64,000 nt of DNA from a virus (lineage: Duplodnaviria; Caudoviricetes), in IMG/VR virus record IMGVR_UViG_3300037400_002947, positions 1 to 64,000 of that record, one strand, 5' to 3'. This document shows positions 1-8,651 of this stretch, in pieces. The notes below the pieces were generated by a model. That model was given only the letters and a program-made list of their open reading frames with translations. It did no database searches and was not told where the DNA came from. The stretch's first letter is position 1. The number at the start of each line of letters is the position of its first letter. A program made the translations under genes and the position numbers.

Positions 1-225
1 ATGATTGATATCGTTCAAATCTTCGGAAATACGGAAGTTGGAACGTGTGAGGTCGATGAAGATGCCGTTGCACGTTACTGCCTATCAAACAAATACATCA
101 TAGATATGTGGGGTATTTATGACAAGGAAGATATTTACAAGAAGATTACCGATGACATTCTCTCTGGCATGCACGTTTGGGAGTTTTTGAAAATATCCGA
201 TTGGACGAAGCGGAGGAGGAAATGA
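1..225 (+). CDS. Hypothetical phage protein (may begin upstream of the window)
   Basis: Open 74-aa frame; its TGA overlaps the ATG at 222 of the tnpB frame. Confidence 0.55.
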   Translation: MIDIVQIFGNTEVGTCEVDEDAVARYCLSNKYIIDMWGIYDKEDIYKKITDDILSGMHVWEFLKISDWTKRRRK

Positions 226-230
226 GAAAT

Positions 231-1328
231 ATGGCAAACACAGCCTATAAGTTCCGAATCTATCCGAATAAAGAACAAAGGGATCTGTTTGCCAGGACCT
301 TTGGCTGTGTGCGGTTCATCTACAATCAGATGCTGTCCGATAAGATCGAATACTACAAAGAAACAAAAAAGATGCTGAACAATACGCCGGCGCAGTATAA
401 GGAAGACTTCCCGTGGCTTCGGGAAGTGGATTCCCTGGCGCTTGCAAACGCGCAGCTGAACCTGCAGAAAGCGTATAAGAGCTTCTTTGAGAATCCGACG
501 TCCGGCTTCCCGAATTACAAAAAGAAGAAGACATCGAGGGATGCCTATACCACAAATCTCGTGAACGGGAATATCGTCCTGAATGACGGAAAGCTGAAGC
601 TCCCGAAAGCAGGATATGTAAAAATAAAACAGCACAGGGCGATTCCGGAAGGGTACAGGCTGAAATCGGTAACAGTAAGCCGGAATAGGTGCGGAAAGTA
701 TTACGCGAGTATCCTGTATGAGTACGAAGAAGAGAGATGTCCGGTCAGGCCGGAGACGTTCCTGGGGCTGGACTATTCGATGCGCGAACTCTATGTGGGC
801 AGCAACGGGGAGAAAGGGGAGTATCCGCGATATTATCGTGCATCAGAAAAGAAGCTGGAGAGGGAACAGCGGAAGCTGTCGCACATGCGGAAAGGATCGA
901 AGAACCGGGAGAGGCAGCGGATCAAAGTAGCGAAGCTGCACGAAAAAGTCGCCAATCAGCTAAGGGATTTCCTGCATAAGAAGTCGAGGCAGATAACCAA
1001 TGCCGCGGACTGTGTATGCATCGAAAGCCTGAACATGAAGGCGATGTCACAGAGCCTGCATTTCGGGAAATCGGTCTCGGATAATGGATGGGGGATGTTC
1101 ACGGGTTTCCTCGAGTATAAGCTTAAGGCTCAGGGAAAGAGACTGGTCAAAGTCGACAAGACCTTTGCGAGCAGCCAGCTTTGTTCCGTCTGCGGGTACC
1201 GAAATCCGGAGACGAAAGATCTCTCCGTAAGAAGCTGGACATGCCCGGAATGCGGAACGTTCCATGACCGGGACGTGAATGCAGCCATCAATATCAGAAA
1301 CGAAGGGAAGCGGATGCTGTCCGCATAA
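231..1328 (+). CDS. tnpB: IS200/IS605-family RNA-guided endonuclease TnpB
   Basis: N-terminal AYKFRIYP/FGCVRFIYN HTH; RuvC-I GLDYS, RuvC-II CIESL, Zn ribbon CSVCG..CPECG, RuvC-III HDRDVNAAINI. SD GGAGGAGG at 212-219; start is 231 or 222. Confidence 0.95.
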   Translation: MANTAYKFRIYPNKEQRDLFARTFGCVRFIYNQMLSDKIEYYKETKKMLNNTPAQYKEDFPWLREVDSLALANAQLNLQKAYKSFFENPTSGFPNYKKKKTSRDAYTTNLVNGNIVLNDGKLKLPKAGYVKIKQHRAIPEGYRLKSVTVSRNRCGKYYASILYEYEEERCPVRPETFLGLDYSMRELYVGSNGEKGEYPRYYRASEKKLEREQRKLSHMRKGSKNRERQRIKVAKLHEKVANQLRDFLHKKSRQITNAADCVCIESLNMKAMSQSLHFGKSVSDNGWGMFTGFLEYKLKAQGKRLVKVDKTFASSQLCSVCGYRNPETKDLSVRSWTCPECGTFHDRDVNAAINIRNEGKRMLSA

Positions 1329-1460
1329 CCGGAAAGGATAAGAAGAACCGTGGGGCACACGGGGATAGCTCGTTGATACTTAGCCCAGTAGTGCTATTGA
1401 GCGAGAAGCCCCCACCTCTTAGGTGGTGGGAGTATGTCACAGACCGCACAAAGTACGACA
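1329..1460 (+). ncRNA. TnpB omega/reRNA 3' scaffold and IS right end (ends GTCAC at 1440), followed by the predicted guide 1441-~1460
   Basis: Typical right-end sequence AACCGTGGGGCACACGGGGATAGC...GAAGCCCCCACCTCTTAGGTGGTGGGAGTATGTCAC with a subterminal hairpin and TCAC end. Confidence 0.75.
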
Positions 1461-1661
1461 GGAACAGAGCCAAAGAAGAGGAGCGTAAAGCCATTGCGGA
1501 AGAAGAAGTTTGACGAAGTCTACTGCGGAAACTGGAAATGTGAGAATCAGAAATGCCTCAGACACCATGTGCATCAACCGTGGGACGAGGCATTTCGTCA
1601 ACTTAGGTGGGAACCCGATGAGAAAGGAGGGTGTGCAGGATACTTTGAAGGGGGACTTTAA
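1434..1661 (+). CDS. Small Cys-rich hypothetical protein
   Basis: 75 aa with CxxxxCxxxxC...C. The ATG and SD-like AGGTGG lie inside the IS right end. Confidence 0.55.
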   Translation: MSQTAQSTTGTEPKKRSVKPLRKKKFDEVYCGNWKCENQKCLRHHVHQPWDEAFRQLRWEPDEKGGCAGYFEGGL

Positions 1662-2094
1662 TATTTTCCTAAGCGGCAAGATGACCGGATTGTCTTACGA
1701 AGACATGAATGACTGGCGAGAAAAGTTCACTGAAGAAATTGATGCTGATTGGTTCGGCTTTTCAAACACGCCGCACGTAATCAATCCGTGCAAGATTTTC
1801 GGAACGCAGGACGACGAGCCGCTTTGGAGGGAGCACAAGGAATATGTACGCGCAGAGCTGCGGTGGGCTAAGAACTGCGACCTTCTTGTTCTTGCTGTCA
1901 GCGAGAATCAGGACTCAATCGGAAGCGCGTGTGAACTGGCGACGGCGTATGCCGCCGGAAAGCCGATTATACTTTATAATCCGCACAAGATCCAGTACGA
2001 AATGATTCATCCATTTGTATGGGAGATGAGCGATGCGTGTTTTGAAACTATGGAAGAATTGACAGAATATATAAGGGAGGTTTATCTGCTTTGA
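1645..2094 (+). CDS. Nucleoside 2-deoxyribosyltransferase-like protein
   Basis: IFLSGKM, VINP, CDLLV and SIGSACELATAYAAGKPIILY motifs. Start uncertain (GTG 1633 or TTG 1645 after AGGAGG). Confidence 0.75.
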   Translation: MKGDFNIFLSGKMTGLSYEDMNDWREKFTEEIDADWFGFSNTPHVINPCKIFGTQDDEPLWREHKEYVRAELRWAKNCDLLVLAVSENQDSIGSACELATAYAAGKPIILYNPHKIQYEMIHPFVWEMSDACFETMEELTEYIREVYLL

Positions 2095-2885
2095 CCTTAG
2101 AAGAATGGCTTGGAAAAGACAACACATTGGCGCATGCCATTTGGCAAAACAAGTATCAGTACAACAATGAGACACTCGACGAGTGGTTTGATAGAGTCAG
2201 CGGTGGCGATGAGGCTGTTAGACAGTTAATCAAAGAAAAGAAATTCCTGTTTGGCGGCAGAATTCTTGCCAATAGAGGACTTGCTAAAGACGGAAGAAAG
2301 ATTACCTACAGCAACTGCTACGTCTTATCTCCGCCAGAAGATAACATTGAGAGCATCTTTGATACCGCTAAGAAGCTCGCAAGAACTTTCTCGTATGGCG
2401 GCGGCGTAGGCATTGATATTGGCAAGCTTTCACCATCTGGCGCAAAGATTAACAACGCCGCCAAGGAAACATCAGGCGCTGTCAGCTTTATGGACTTATA
2501 TTCTATGGTAACCGGACTGATCGGGCAGGCAGGCCGCCGGGGAGCATTGATGATTTCAATCCCGTGCAACCACCCCGATCTGCTTGATTTTATTGGTATT
2601 AAATCTGACCTTAACAGAGTCACGAAAGCAAATATTTCTGTTCGCGTTACAGACGACTTTATGGTTGCCGTTAAGAATGGTTGGAAGTATCTGCTTGAGT
2701 TTACGAGAGATGAGACCGGAGAAACGATTGTTAAAGAAGTTGATGCGCGCGAGGTATTCAAAAAACTTTGTGAAGAAAACTGGAACAATGCAGAACCTGG
2801 GATGCTGTTTTGGGATACCATTCGAAGGAATAACATCTTAAGCGATGACGAATCATTCGAGTATGCAGGAACAAATCCTTGTGCT
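2091..2885 (+). CDS. nrdJ: Class II (B12-dependent) ribonucleotide reductase, exon 1
   Basis: FGGRILAN, SNCYV, GGGVG, GRRGALM, AEPG motifs; ends at the active-site TNPCA. Confidence 0.93.
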
Positions 2886-3968
2886 TGAGTTCTTGGGCGC
2901 AAGTAAAAAACTTCGTAAAATCGGTGAAGCCTAAACCGTAAGGCATGGTAATACCGAGACCTCATTGTATCGCAGGAGGTTGTAACGCGTAGGTGGTGAG
3001 CGTTAACGATAGCAATAATCCACCCAAGAGTACGGAGCAAGATATGACAATTTACAAAGTAACGAACAAACAAAACGGATTGATTTATATTGGGCAAACA
3101 AAGCACGATGGTGCTACAAGATTCAGCACTCATGTAAGAGAAGCGTTGAGTGTGAAGAGAAAGAACTATGGATTGTTTCATAATGCAATTGTAGAATTTG
3201 GAAAAAATAGCTTTGAAGTTGAAGATTTAGAAACAGAACTTTCGGAAGAAGAAGCTAATGAAAGAGAAAGATATTGGATAGAATTCTACAAGTCAAATGA
3301 TTGCAGGTTCGGATACAATGTTGATTCAGGCGGAATGTCCGGTGGAAAGAAAGGCGCTTCTTGTAGACAACAAATGAGCGAGTCGACAAAAAGACTTTGG
3401 CAAAATGAAGAAAAGGCCCAGATAATGCGCTGCGCATTGCAACGTGGTGTTGACACCATGAAAAAAAATGCGAAGCGGTACGAATGGAAATGTCCTATTT
3501 GTGGAAAAGTTTTATTGCTCGAAGGATACGATGCAAGGAAACGCAAATTTTGTAGTGTCGAATGTTCTCGATCAGGAGATCAATGGAAAAATGGAGTTGA
3601 GAGCGCGGCGCTATTAATCCACGAGAGAAATGTAAAAAGAAAAGAAATAATTAAAAAGGACATTTACAATTGGTGCCTCCAAAACAGTGATATTGTTCTT
3701 AATTGCCCAAAGAATAGAATCACGTCTACACTAAAAGGACTAAGGGAGCTTGTTGATAAGAAGTATTCGATTAAAGATATTCGCTCGCTGTTTGTTTGTT
3801 TTGATGTAAAGAATAAAAGGGAATTTCTAGAAGCATTAAAAGCATATATATCTTGAAAATGTACGCTGAACTGGTCTGAATTGACAGACGTATCTTCTGG
3901 TGAAGCGACAGAAGTATGGGAGAAATCCCCAGATATATCGGATAAAAAGCCGATATGATAACAATTTG
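2886..3968 (+). mobile_element. Group I intron in nrdJ (1083 nt)
   Basis: Removal restores TNPCA|EEPL. Exon ends in U, intron ends in G. P1 2878-2903 with U.G wobble; P3 CTTCGTA/TACGGAG; P7 GCGTA/TACGC; P8 CAAGATAT/ATATCTTG. Confidence 0.92.
3044..3856 (+). CDS. Intron-encoded GIY-YIG homing endonuclease
   Basis: TIYKVTN...IYIGQT, R..H, E..WI, GYN motifs; C-terminal CPICG...FCSVEC Zn finger. Confidence 0.9.
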   Translation: MTIYKVTNKQNGLIYIGQTKHDGATRFSTHVREALSVKRKNYGLFHNAIVEFGKNSFEVEDLETELSEEEANERERYWIEFYKSNDCRFGYNVDSGGMSGGKKGASCRQQMSESTKRLWQNEEKAQIMRCALQRGVDTMKKNAKRYEWKCPICGKVLLLEGYDARKRKFCSVECSRSGDQWKNGVESAALLIHERNVKRKEIIKKDIYNWCLQNSDIVLNCPKNRITSTLKGLRELVDKKYSIKDIRSLFVCFDVKNKREFLEALKAYIS

Positions 3969-5426
3969 GAAGAACCGCTTCCGGCTGGCGGGTCGTGCCT
4001 CTTAGGTAGTCTTAATCTAGCCGAGTTTGTTGACGAAGAAAAGAAGGTCTTTGATTTCGAAAGCTTTAGAAGGGCCGTAGCGATTGCGACAAAAGCACTC
4101 AATGATGTACTTGACGAAGGTATGAAACTACATCCACTGGAAGAACAGCGGACTTCCGTAAACGATTGGCGTCAAATCGGACTTGGTATTTTTGGACTTG
4201 CAGACGCAATGATTAAAATGGGAGTTCGTTACGGCAGCGTCGAATCGATTGATTTATGCGATGCGATTGGTAGCGCAATGGCGGATCAGGCAATTTATAC
4301 ATCGGCTACATTGGCAAATAAATACGGAGAATACCCGAGAAGCAAACATGATAAAGTTATGAATTCTAGTTGGCTCAATAAAAATATGATCAGAAGAGAG
4401 ACCAAAGGGTGGGTTCAGGCGAACGGTCTCCGTAATAGCCAACTTTTGACATGTGCTCCAACCGGATCGCTGAGTTCTATGTTTGGCGTGTCTGGCGGAA
4501 TTGAGCCTATTTTTGCCAACTACTATACACGCAAAACTGAGACGCTTCACGGACACGATGAGTATTACAAGGTATATACGCCAATCGTGAAGAAGTACAT
4601 GGAAGAGCATGGACTGAAAGATGATTCGGAGCTTCCGAGCTTCTTTGTGACCGCTCAGACGCTCGACTATAAAGACCGCATTGAGATGCAAGCGGTTTGG
4701 CAGAAACATATTGATGCGAGCATCAGTAGCACAATCAATCTTCCTAATAGCGCGACCGTTGAAGATGTGGAAGACATTTACATGAGAGCGTGGGAAAAAG
4801 GATTAAAAGGTGTAACCATCTTCCGCGATGGATGCAGACGTGCCGGAATTTTAACTACTGACAAAAACGATGAAGAAATTACGGATGGCCACACATTAAA
4901 GCGCGGAGATATTGTTTCTTCTTCAAATAATCTTGTCGGGAAGAAACGTAAGCTTATAACTGGATGCGGATCGCTGCACTGTGAAGCTTTCTTTGACCCA
5001 GAATCGGGCGAATTGAGAGAGACATATTTGAGCAAGGGATCTACTGGTGGATGTGCATCGTTCATGGTTGGATTGAGTAGAATGATTTCACTAGCCGCAC
5101 GGGGCGGAATTCAGCTTGAGAAGATTGTCGATCAGATGCAGAGTTGTACGTCCTGCCCTTCCTATGCAGTCAGAAGAGCAACAAAACACGATACTTCATT
5201 AGGAAATTGTTGCCCAATGGCAGTTGGAAACGCTCTTATGGAAATGTCATCGGAGATGAAGAAGGAATTGGAATCAGGCAAAAAAACGCCGACAATTATC
5301 AGCGTTTCAGACAAGCAAAGCGTTGATAAGGACACCGATGCGAAATGTCCCGAATGCGGCGGAAAATTGTATCACGAAGGAGGATGTATCCAGTGCAAGG
5401 ACTGTGGCTGGACGAGGTGTGATTAA
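3969..5426 (+). CDS. nrdJ: NrdJ exon 2, with C-terminal TSCPD-like and Zn-ribbon domains (spliced protein ~750 aa)
   Basis: EEPLPAGGSCLLGSLNL, RQIGLG, APTGS, SISSTIN, KGVTIFRDG, TGCGSL, CPECG..CKDCG motifs. Confidence 0.93.
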   Translation, partial: EEPLPAGGSCLLGSLNLAEFVDEEKKVFDFESFRRAVAIATKALNDVLDEGMKLHPLEEQRTSVNDWRQIGLGIFGLADAMIKMGVRYGSVESIDLCDAIGSAMADQAIYTSATLANKYGEYPRSKHDKVMNSSWLNKNMIRRETKGWVQANGLRNSQLLTCAPTGSLSSMFGVSGGIEPIFANYYTRKTETLHGHDEYYKVYTPIVKKYMEEHGLKDDSELPSFFVTAQTLDYKDRIEMQAVWQKHIDASISSTINLPNSATVEDVEDIYMRAWEKGLKGVTIFRDGCRRAGILTTDKNDEEITDGHTLKRGDIVSSSNNLVGKKRKLITGCGSLHCEAFFDPESGELRETYLSKGSTGGCASFMVGLSRMISLAARGGIQLEKIVDQMQSCTSCPSYAVRRATKHDTSLGNCCPMAVGNALMEMSSEMKKELESGKKTPTIISVSDKQSVDKDTDAKCPECGGKLYHEGGCIQCKDCGWTRCD

Positions 5427-5956
5427 TGATTAAACAAGAACATGATTATAGATACGCGGTAATAAACGATGACGACATCATCACTGGCTTCCTAAGCAAG
5501 GAAGTCAGTGACAAACTCAAATTTGTTAACGTCAACGAGTGTAAAGTTGGCGACAAATATCCGCCGTGCAATCTCGACGAATACAATATTGCCGACGTGA
5601 AGTTTATTAATGGTCTTAATGACAAGGAATACGCATTCAAATGCTACGACTCCTGCATCGAAGCAGGCGACGTTGTTCTGGTCGATACCGCCTACGGTTA
5701 TCAGCTTGCTACCGTTACTGGCATTCGTGTTCCGGACGGCGATTTTATTCCGACGAAAGATGTTGTCAGCTACGTACCAGGGTGGGATGATTTCATCGAC
5801 CGGAAGGCCCAGCGTCAGATGAAGCAGGCTGAAGAAGAAGTCGAAGCAACGGCTAAGAAACTTGTGGACGCCACAAACGTCGCAATCAAAATTGGTTGCA
5901 ACATTGACGGACTGAAAGCATCTATTAATAGGATCTTTGGGGTAAAGGATGAGTAA
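5426..5956 (+). CDS. Hypothetical protein
   Basis: 176-aa ORF translationally coupled to nrdJ (TAATG). Confidence 0.75.
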   Translation: MIKQEHDYRYAVINDDDIITGFLSKEVSDKLKFVNVNECKVGDKYPPCNLDEYNIADVKFINGLNDKEYAFKCYDSCIEAGDVVLVDTAYGYQLATVTGIRVPDGDFIPTKDVVSYVPGWDDFIDRKAQRQMKQAEEEVEATAKKLVDATNVAIKIGCNIDGLKASINRIFGVKDE

Positions 5957-6281
5957 AGAATATAACGGCAGATATATGACGATTGTCTTGCAAGTTCCTG
6001 AAAATGCTACAAAACTTAGGGTTACTGCAATCATTGACGAAAATGGCGAAGAAAAAAAGCTGCGTACAAAACTTAATAAAAAAGACATTTTCGAACTTAG
6101 AGAAGATTATCTCATCCTCGATCCTGACGACACATTGTATGCGTTGTACAAAATTAATCCTGAATTTAAACAGTTTATGGATATAGGATTGCAGCTCGGA
6201 AAGACAGAAGAACAAGTATTAGATGCGTGGGAAGAGTACAGGGAGAAACATGGAAGAACTGAAACTCAAAATAATTGCTGA
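5949..6281 (+). CDS. Hypothetical protein
   Basis: 110-aa ORF overlapping the previous stop. Confidence 0.7.
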   Translation: MSKEYNGRYMTIVLQVPENATKLRVTAIIDENGEEKKLRTKLNKKDIFELREDYLILDPDDTLYALYKINPEFKQFMDIGLQLGKTEEQVLDAWEEYREKHGRTETQNNC

Positions 6282-6453
6282 TTTATTGCGACATAAACAC
6301 AAGACCAACGACGTTGAGCAATTGCATTTTATCAATGATACGATAACATATGTCAATGCGTGGCGTGTTCAGCAAGCCCCTCAGTTCACACAGTTCTTTG
6401 TGAACGGGCAGCCTGTTGACATGGGAGATATGCAATGGAATACTACACAATAA
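6250..6453 (+). CDS. Hypothetical protein
   Basis: ATG 6250 after GGGAG; fills the gap before xis. Confidence 0.6.
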   Translation: MEELKLKIIADLLRHKHKTNDVEQLHFINDTITYVNAWRVQQAPQFTQFFVNGQPVDMGDMQWNTTQ

Positions 6454-6605
6454 AAGACATCATGAGCATTCTCGGTGTCTGCCGAAATACGGCATATAAG
6501 ATTGCCGACATGGACGACGTCCCGACGCTTAGGATTGGCAACATGATCCGTATTGATAAGAACGGGTTTGATGAGTGGTGCAGGAGAAGAATAAAAACAA
6601 ATTAA
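6435..6605 (+). CDS. xis: Excisionase (HTH_17/MerR-like); not in the ORF track
   Basis: MEYYTIKDIMSILGVCRNTAYKI...PTLRIGNMIRIDKNGFDEW (56 aa), directly before attP and int. Confidence 0.85.
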   Translation: MEYYTIKDIMSILGVCRNTAYKIADMDDVPTLRIGNMIRIDKNGFDEWCRRRIKTN

Positions 6606-6691
6606 AACTGCACCAAAAAGTGCACCACCTATAAGGACGATGCGTAAGAAATGCAGTAAACATCTGAAGTGTAGCGTTTGACAATACACAT

Positions 6692-6732
6692 CTGCAACAC
6701 CCTTATCCCCGGTTCGATTCCGGGTGTCACCT
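6692..6732 (+). other. attP core: 3' half of tRNA-Cys(GCA)
   Basis: CTGCAACACCCTTATCCCCGGTTCGATTCCGGGTGTCACCT matches a GCA anticodon loop, T arm and acceptor strand; the 5' half is absent; it lies between xis and int. Confidence 0.88.
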
Positions 6733-6733
6733 T

Positions 6734-6767
6734 AAAAAAAATGGAGACTTTTTAGTCTCCTTTTTTT
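6734..6767. terminator. Intrinsic terminator downstream of the att core
   Basis: A-tract, GGAGACT-TTTT-AGTCTCC, T-tract. Confidence 0.85.
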
Positions 6768-6843
6768 GTTGATTAAACCGTCGAAAAACCACTAAAAACT
6801 GCGGATTCTGGGCGACGGTTTACATAACGAATGATTCGACCGC

Positions 6844-6873
6844 TGGACATTCCACTTACCATTGTGTTACAAT
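6844..6873 (+). promoter_or_regulatory. Probable sigmaA promoter of the integrase
   Basis: TGGACA, 18-nt spacer, extended -10 TGnTACAAT. Confidence 0.5.
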
Positions 6874-6928
6874 CCGTACCAAGAAGTACCATACAGTTTG
6901 CACCAAAACTGCACCAGTGGAGGCGGAT

Positions 6929-8140
6929 ATGGCATACGGCGACGGAACATTCTATAAAAGAGGTAATGTCTGGCGTTACACGAAAGTATACGAGAGCAAG
7001 ACGGATGGCAAATCTTACCGTCTTAGCGTTTCTGCTCCGAAAAAATCTGATTGCCGCGAGGCAATGAAGGAGAAGGAAGCGGAGAAAGAAAAAGAAATCA
7101 AGAGAACGTTCAGGCACTCTCTTGAAAACCGCACTGTAGTTTTTGAGGATGCGCTGAAAGATTGGATTAAACGCGAGAAGTTCGGCAAGGTCAAGGCTTC
7201 GACGTACGACAGGCTGGAGCGCACAATAAACAACCATATTGCAGGATCAGATGTAGCAAGAGTTTGCGCAATTGACATTACTTCGAAAGATGTCAACAAG
7301 CTGATTGACGGAGTTTATGCAGACCATTCTCTTTCGACAGTGAAGAAGCTGTACGAATTGCTTGACCAGTTCTTCAGATTCTTCTACGCCAACGACCTCA
7401 ACAGCAATCCCATGAATAAGGTGGGCAAGCCGCGCCCGAAAAAGAATGTCGGAGAAATCGACCTTGAGGACTCGCCGGATGAAGAACTCAAGGATGTTGT
7501 TCTTAATGACGAAGAGATAGGGCGCTTCAAAGCTGCGGCGATGAAGCCGTATGTTAACGGGTCAAGAGGCGCGACCAAGCACGGTCCCGACCTTTATTTC
7601 ATCATGATGACCGTTCTGCGTTTTGGAGAAGCGACAGCCGTTACCTGGGGAGACATCGATCTTGAGAAACGCAAAATGCTCATCAATAAAAACCAGTCTG
7701 TTGTCAAGAACCGCGACACAGGCGCTGAGAGCCGCACCAAGCGCATTTTTACCACACCCAAGAATGGGAAGGCCAGAGAGGTAATGATTAGCTCTGAGGC
7801 GCTGGAAGCCCTCTTAGAAATCAAAAAAAGGAGCCACCACACAAACAAGAAAGATCTTGTTATATGTAGTGACTCCGGTAAGTCGCTGACCAATGCAAAT
7901 CTTAGAAAAGCATTGGACAGCGTTATGAAGTCTGCCGAATTATCTCGGCAAGGATTTGGTCTCCATTATCTTAGACACACTGGAATCAGCTATTATCTCA
8001 GGCACGGTATCCCGCTTGAGATGGTCTCCAAAATGGCAGGACATTCGTCCGTTGCTATAACTGAGCGCGTGTACTACCACATCATTCATCAGCAGGATGA
8101 AGAGATGTTGAAGATGATGGACGCGATTAAGAACGCCTAA
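6929..8140 (+). CDS. int: Tyrosine integrase
   Basis: LRFGE, TPKNG, HYLRHT, AGHSS and VYYH catalytic motifs; N-terminal GDGTFYKR arm-binding region. Confidence 0.95.
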   Translation: MAYGDGTFYKRGNVWRYTKVYESKTDGKSYRLSVSAPKKSDCREAMKEKEAEKEKEIKRTFRHSLENRTVVFEDALKDWIKREKFGKVKASTYDRLERTINNHIAGSDVARVCAIDITSKDVNKLIDGVYADHSLSTVKKLYELLDQFFRFFYANDLNSNPMNKVGKPRPKKNVGEIDLEDSPDEELKDVVLNDEEIGRFKAAAMKPYVNGSRGATKHGPDLYFIMMTVLRFGEATAVTWGDIDLEKRKMLINKNQSVVKNRDTGAESRTKRIFTTPKNGKAREVMISSEALEALLEIKKRSHHTNKKDLVICSDSGKSLTNANLRKALDSVMKSAELSRQGFGLHYLRHTGISYYLRHGIPLEMVSKMAGHSSVAITERVYYHIIHQQDEEMLKMMDAIKNA

Positions 8141-8647
8141 TTATATTCCCTGATTCTGATAAACGATTGTAGCATCCCCGTGAATTGCGTATATGCCAAG
8201 TCCCTGACCCAGTTCTTCTATATCGCCAGTTGTGATAACACTGACGTCTGTTGGAATTTGGGTTCCGAAATATGCGGTCCCTTTATAGAGAATAACATTA
8301 TACTGTCTTTCTTCAATTACTTCTCCGCTAGCCATTAGCTGATCTTTCTCTGAGTCGGCATATTCAATATCGCCTGAACTATTGGTATGTGGACAATTAA
8401 ATTCAACAACTTTGCTAGAATTATTAGTTATCGTCACAGTTGCATTGGAATAATCTCCTGTTTCGCCACCATCAAACAGTTCGTTGGCAATCATTTCCTG
8501 CACAAGGCTGACGACGCTGTTTCCTGTCGCATCAAAATCATACTTTTCTTTCAGGAATGCGCGGAGAACTTCTACTGTCGACATTCCTTCGATGTCGTAA
8601 TCGTATGCTTCCTTGAAATAGTTTTTAAGAGCATGAGCTTTAGTCAT
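8141..8647 (-). CDS. Putative virion accessory protein, paralog of 20781-21281
   Basis: Shared N-terminus MTKAxAL(K/R)NYFK..Y..D.EGMS.VE.LRAF. Confidence 0.7.
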   Translation of the reverse strand: MTKAHALKNYFKEAYDYDIEGMSTVEVLRAFLKEKYDFDATGNSVVSLVQEMIANELFDGGETGDYSNATVTITNNSSKVVEFNCPHTNSSGDIEYADSEKDQLMASGEVIEERQYNVILYKGTAYFGTQIPTDVSVITTGDIEELGQGLGIYAIHGDATIVYQNQGI

Positions 8648-8651
8648 AGTT

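Larger units (their letters stand above)
6609..6916. repeat. Integrase arm-type direct repeats flanking the attP core
   Basis: TGCACCA at 6609, 6621, 6899 and 6910; GTACCA at 6876 and 6886. Confidence 0.7.

Noticed and set aside
231-1440. IStron (group I intron fused to tnpB)
   Set aside because: No group I core is visible upstream of tnpB and the right end finishes in C rather than a terminal G.
2886-2888. Stop-codon recoding or frameshifting as the cause of the split genes
   Set aside because: Each break is explained by a group I intron, and other genes are full length in code 11. The tRNA anticodon TGA reads Ser (UCA) and is not a suppressor.
6692-6732. Functional tRNA-Cys gene
   Set aside because: The 5' acceptor strand and D arm are missing; it is the att core.
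6609-6916. CRISPR-like mini array
   Set aside because: The repeats are only 6-7 bp with 4-5 bp gaps, which fits integrase arm sites. No CRISPR array was seen in the window.
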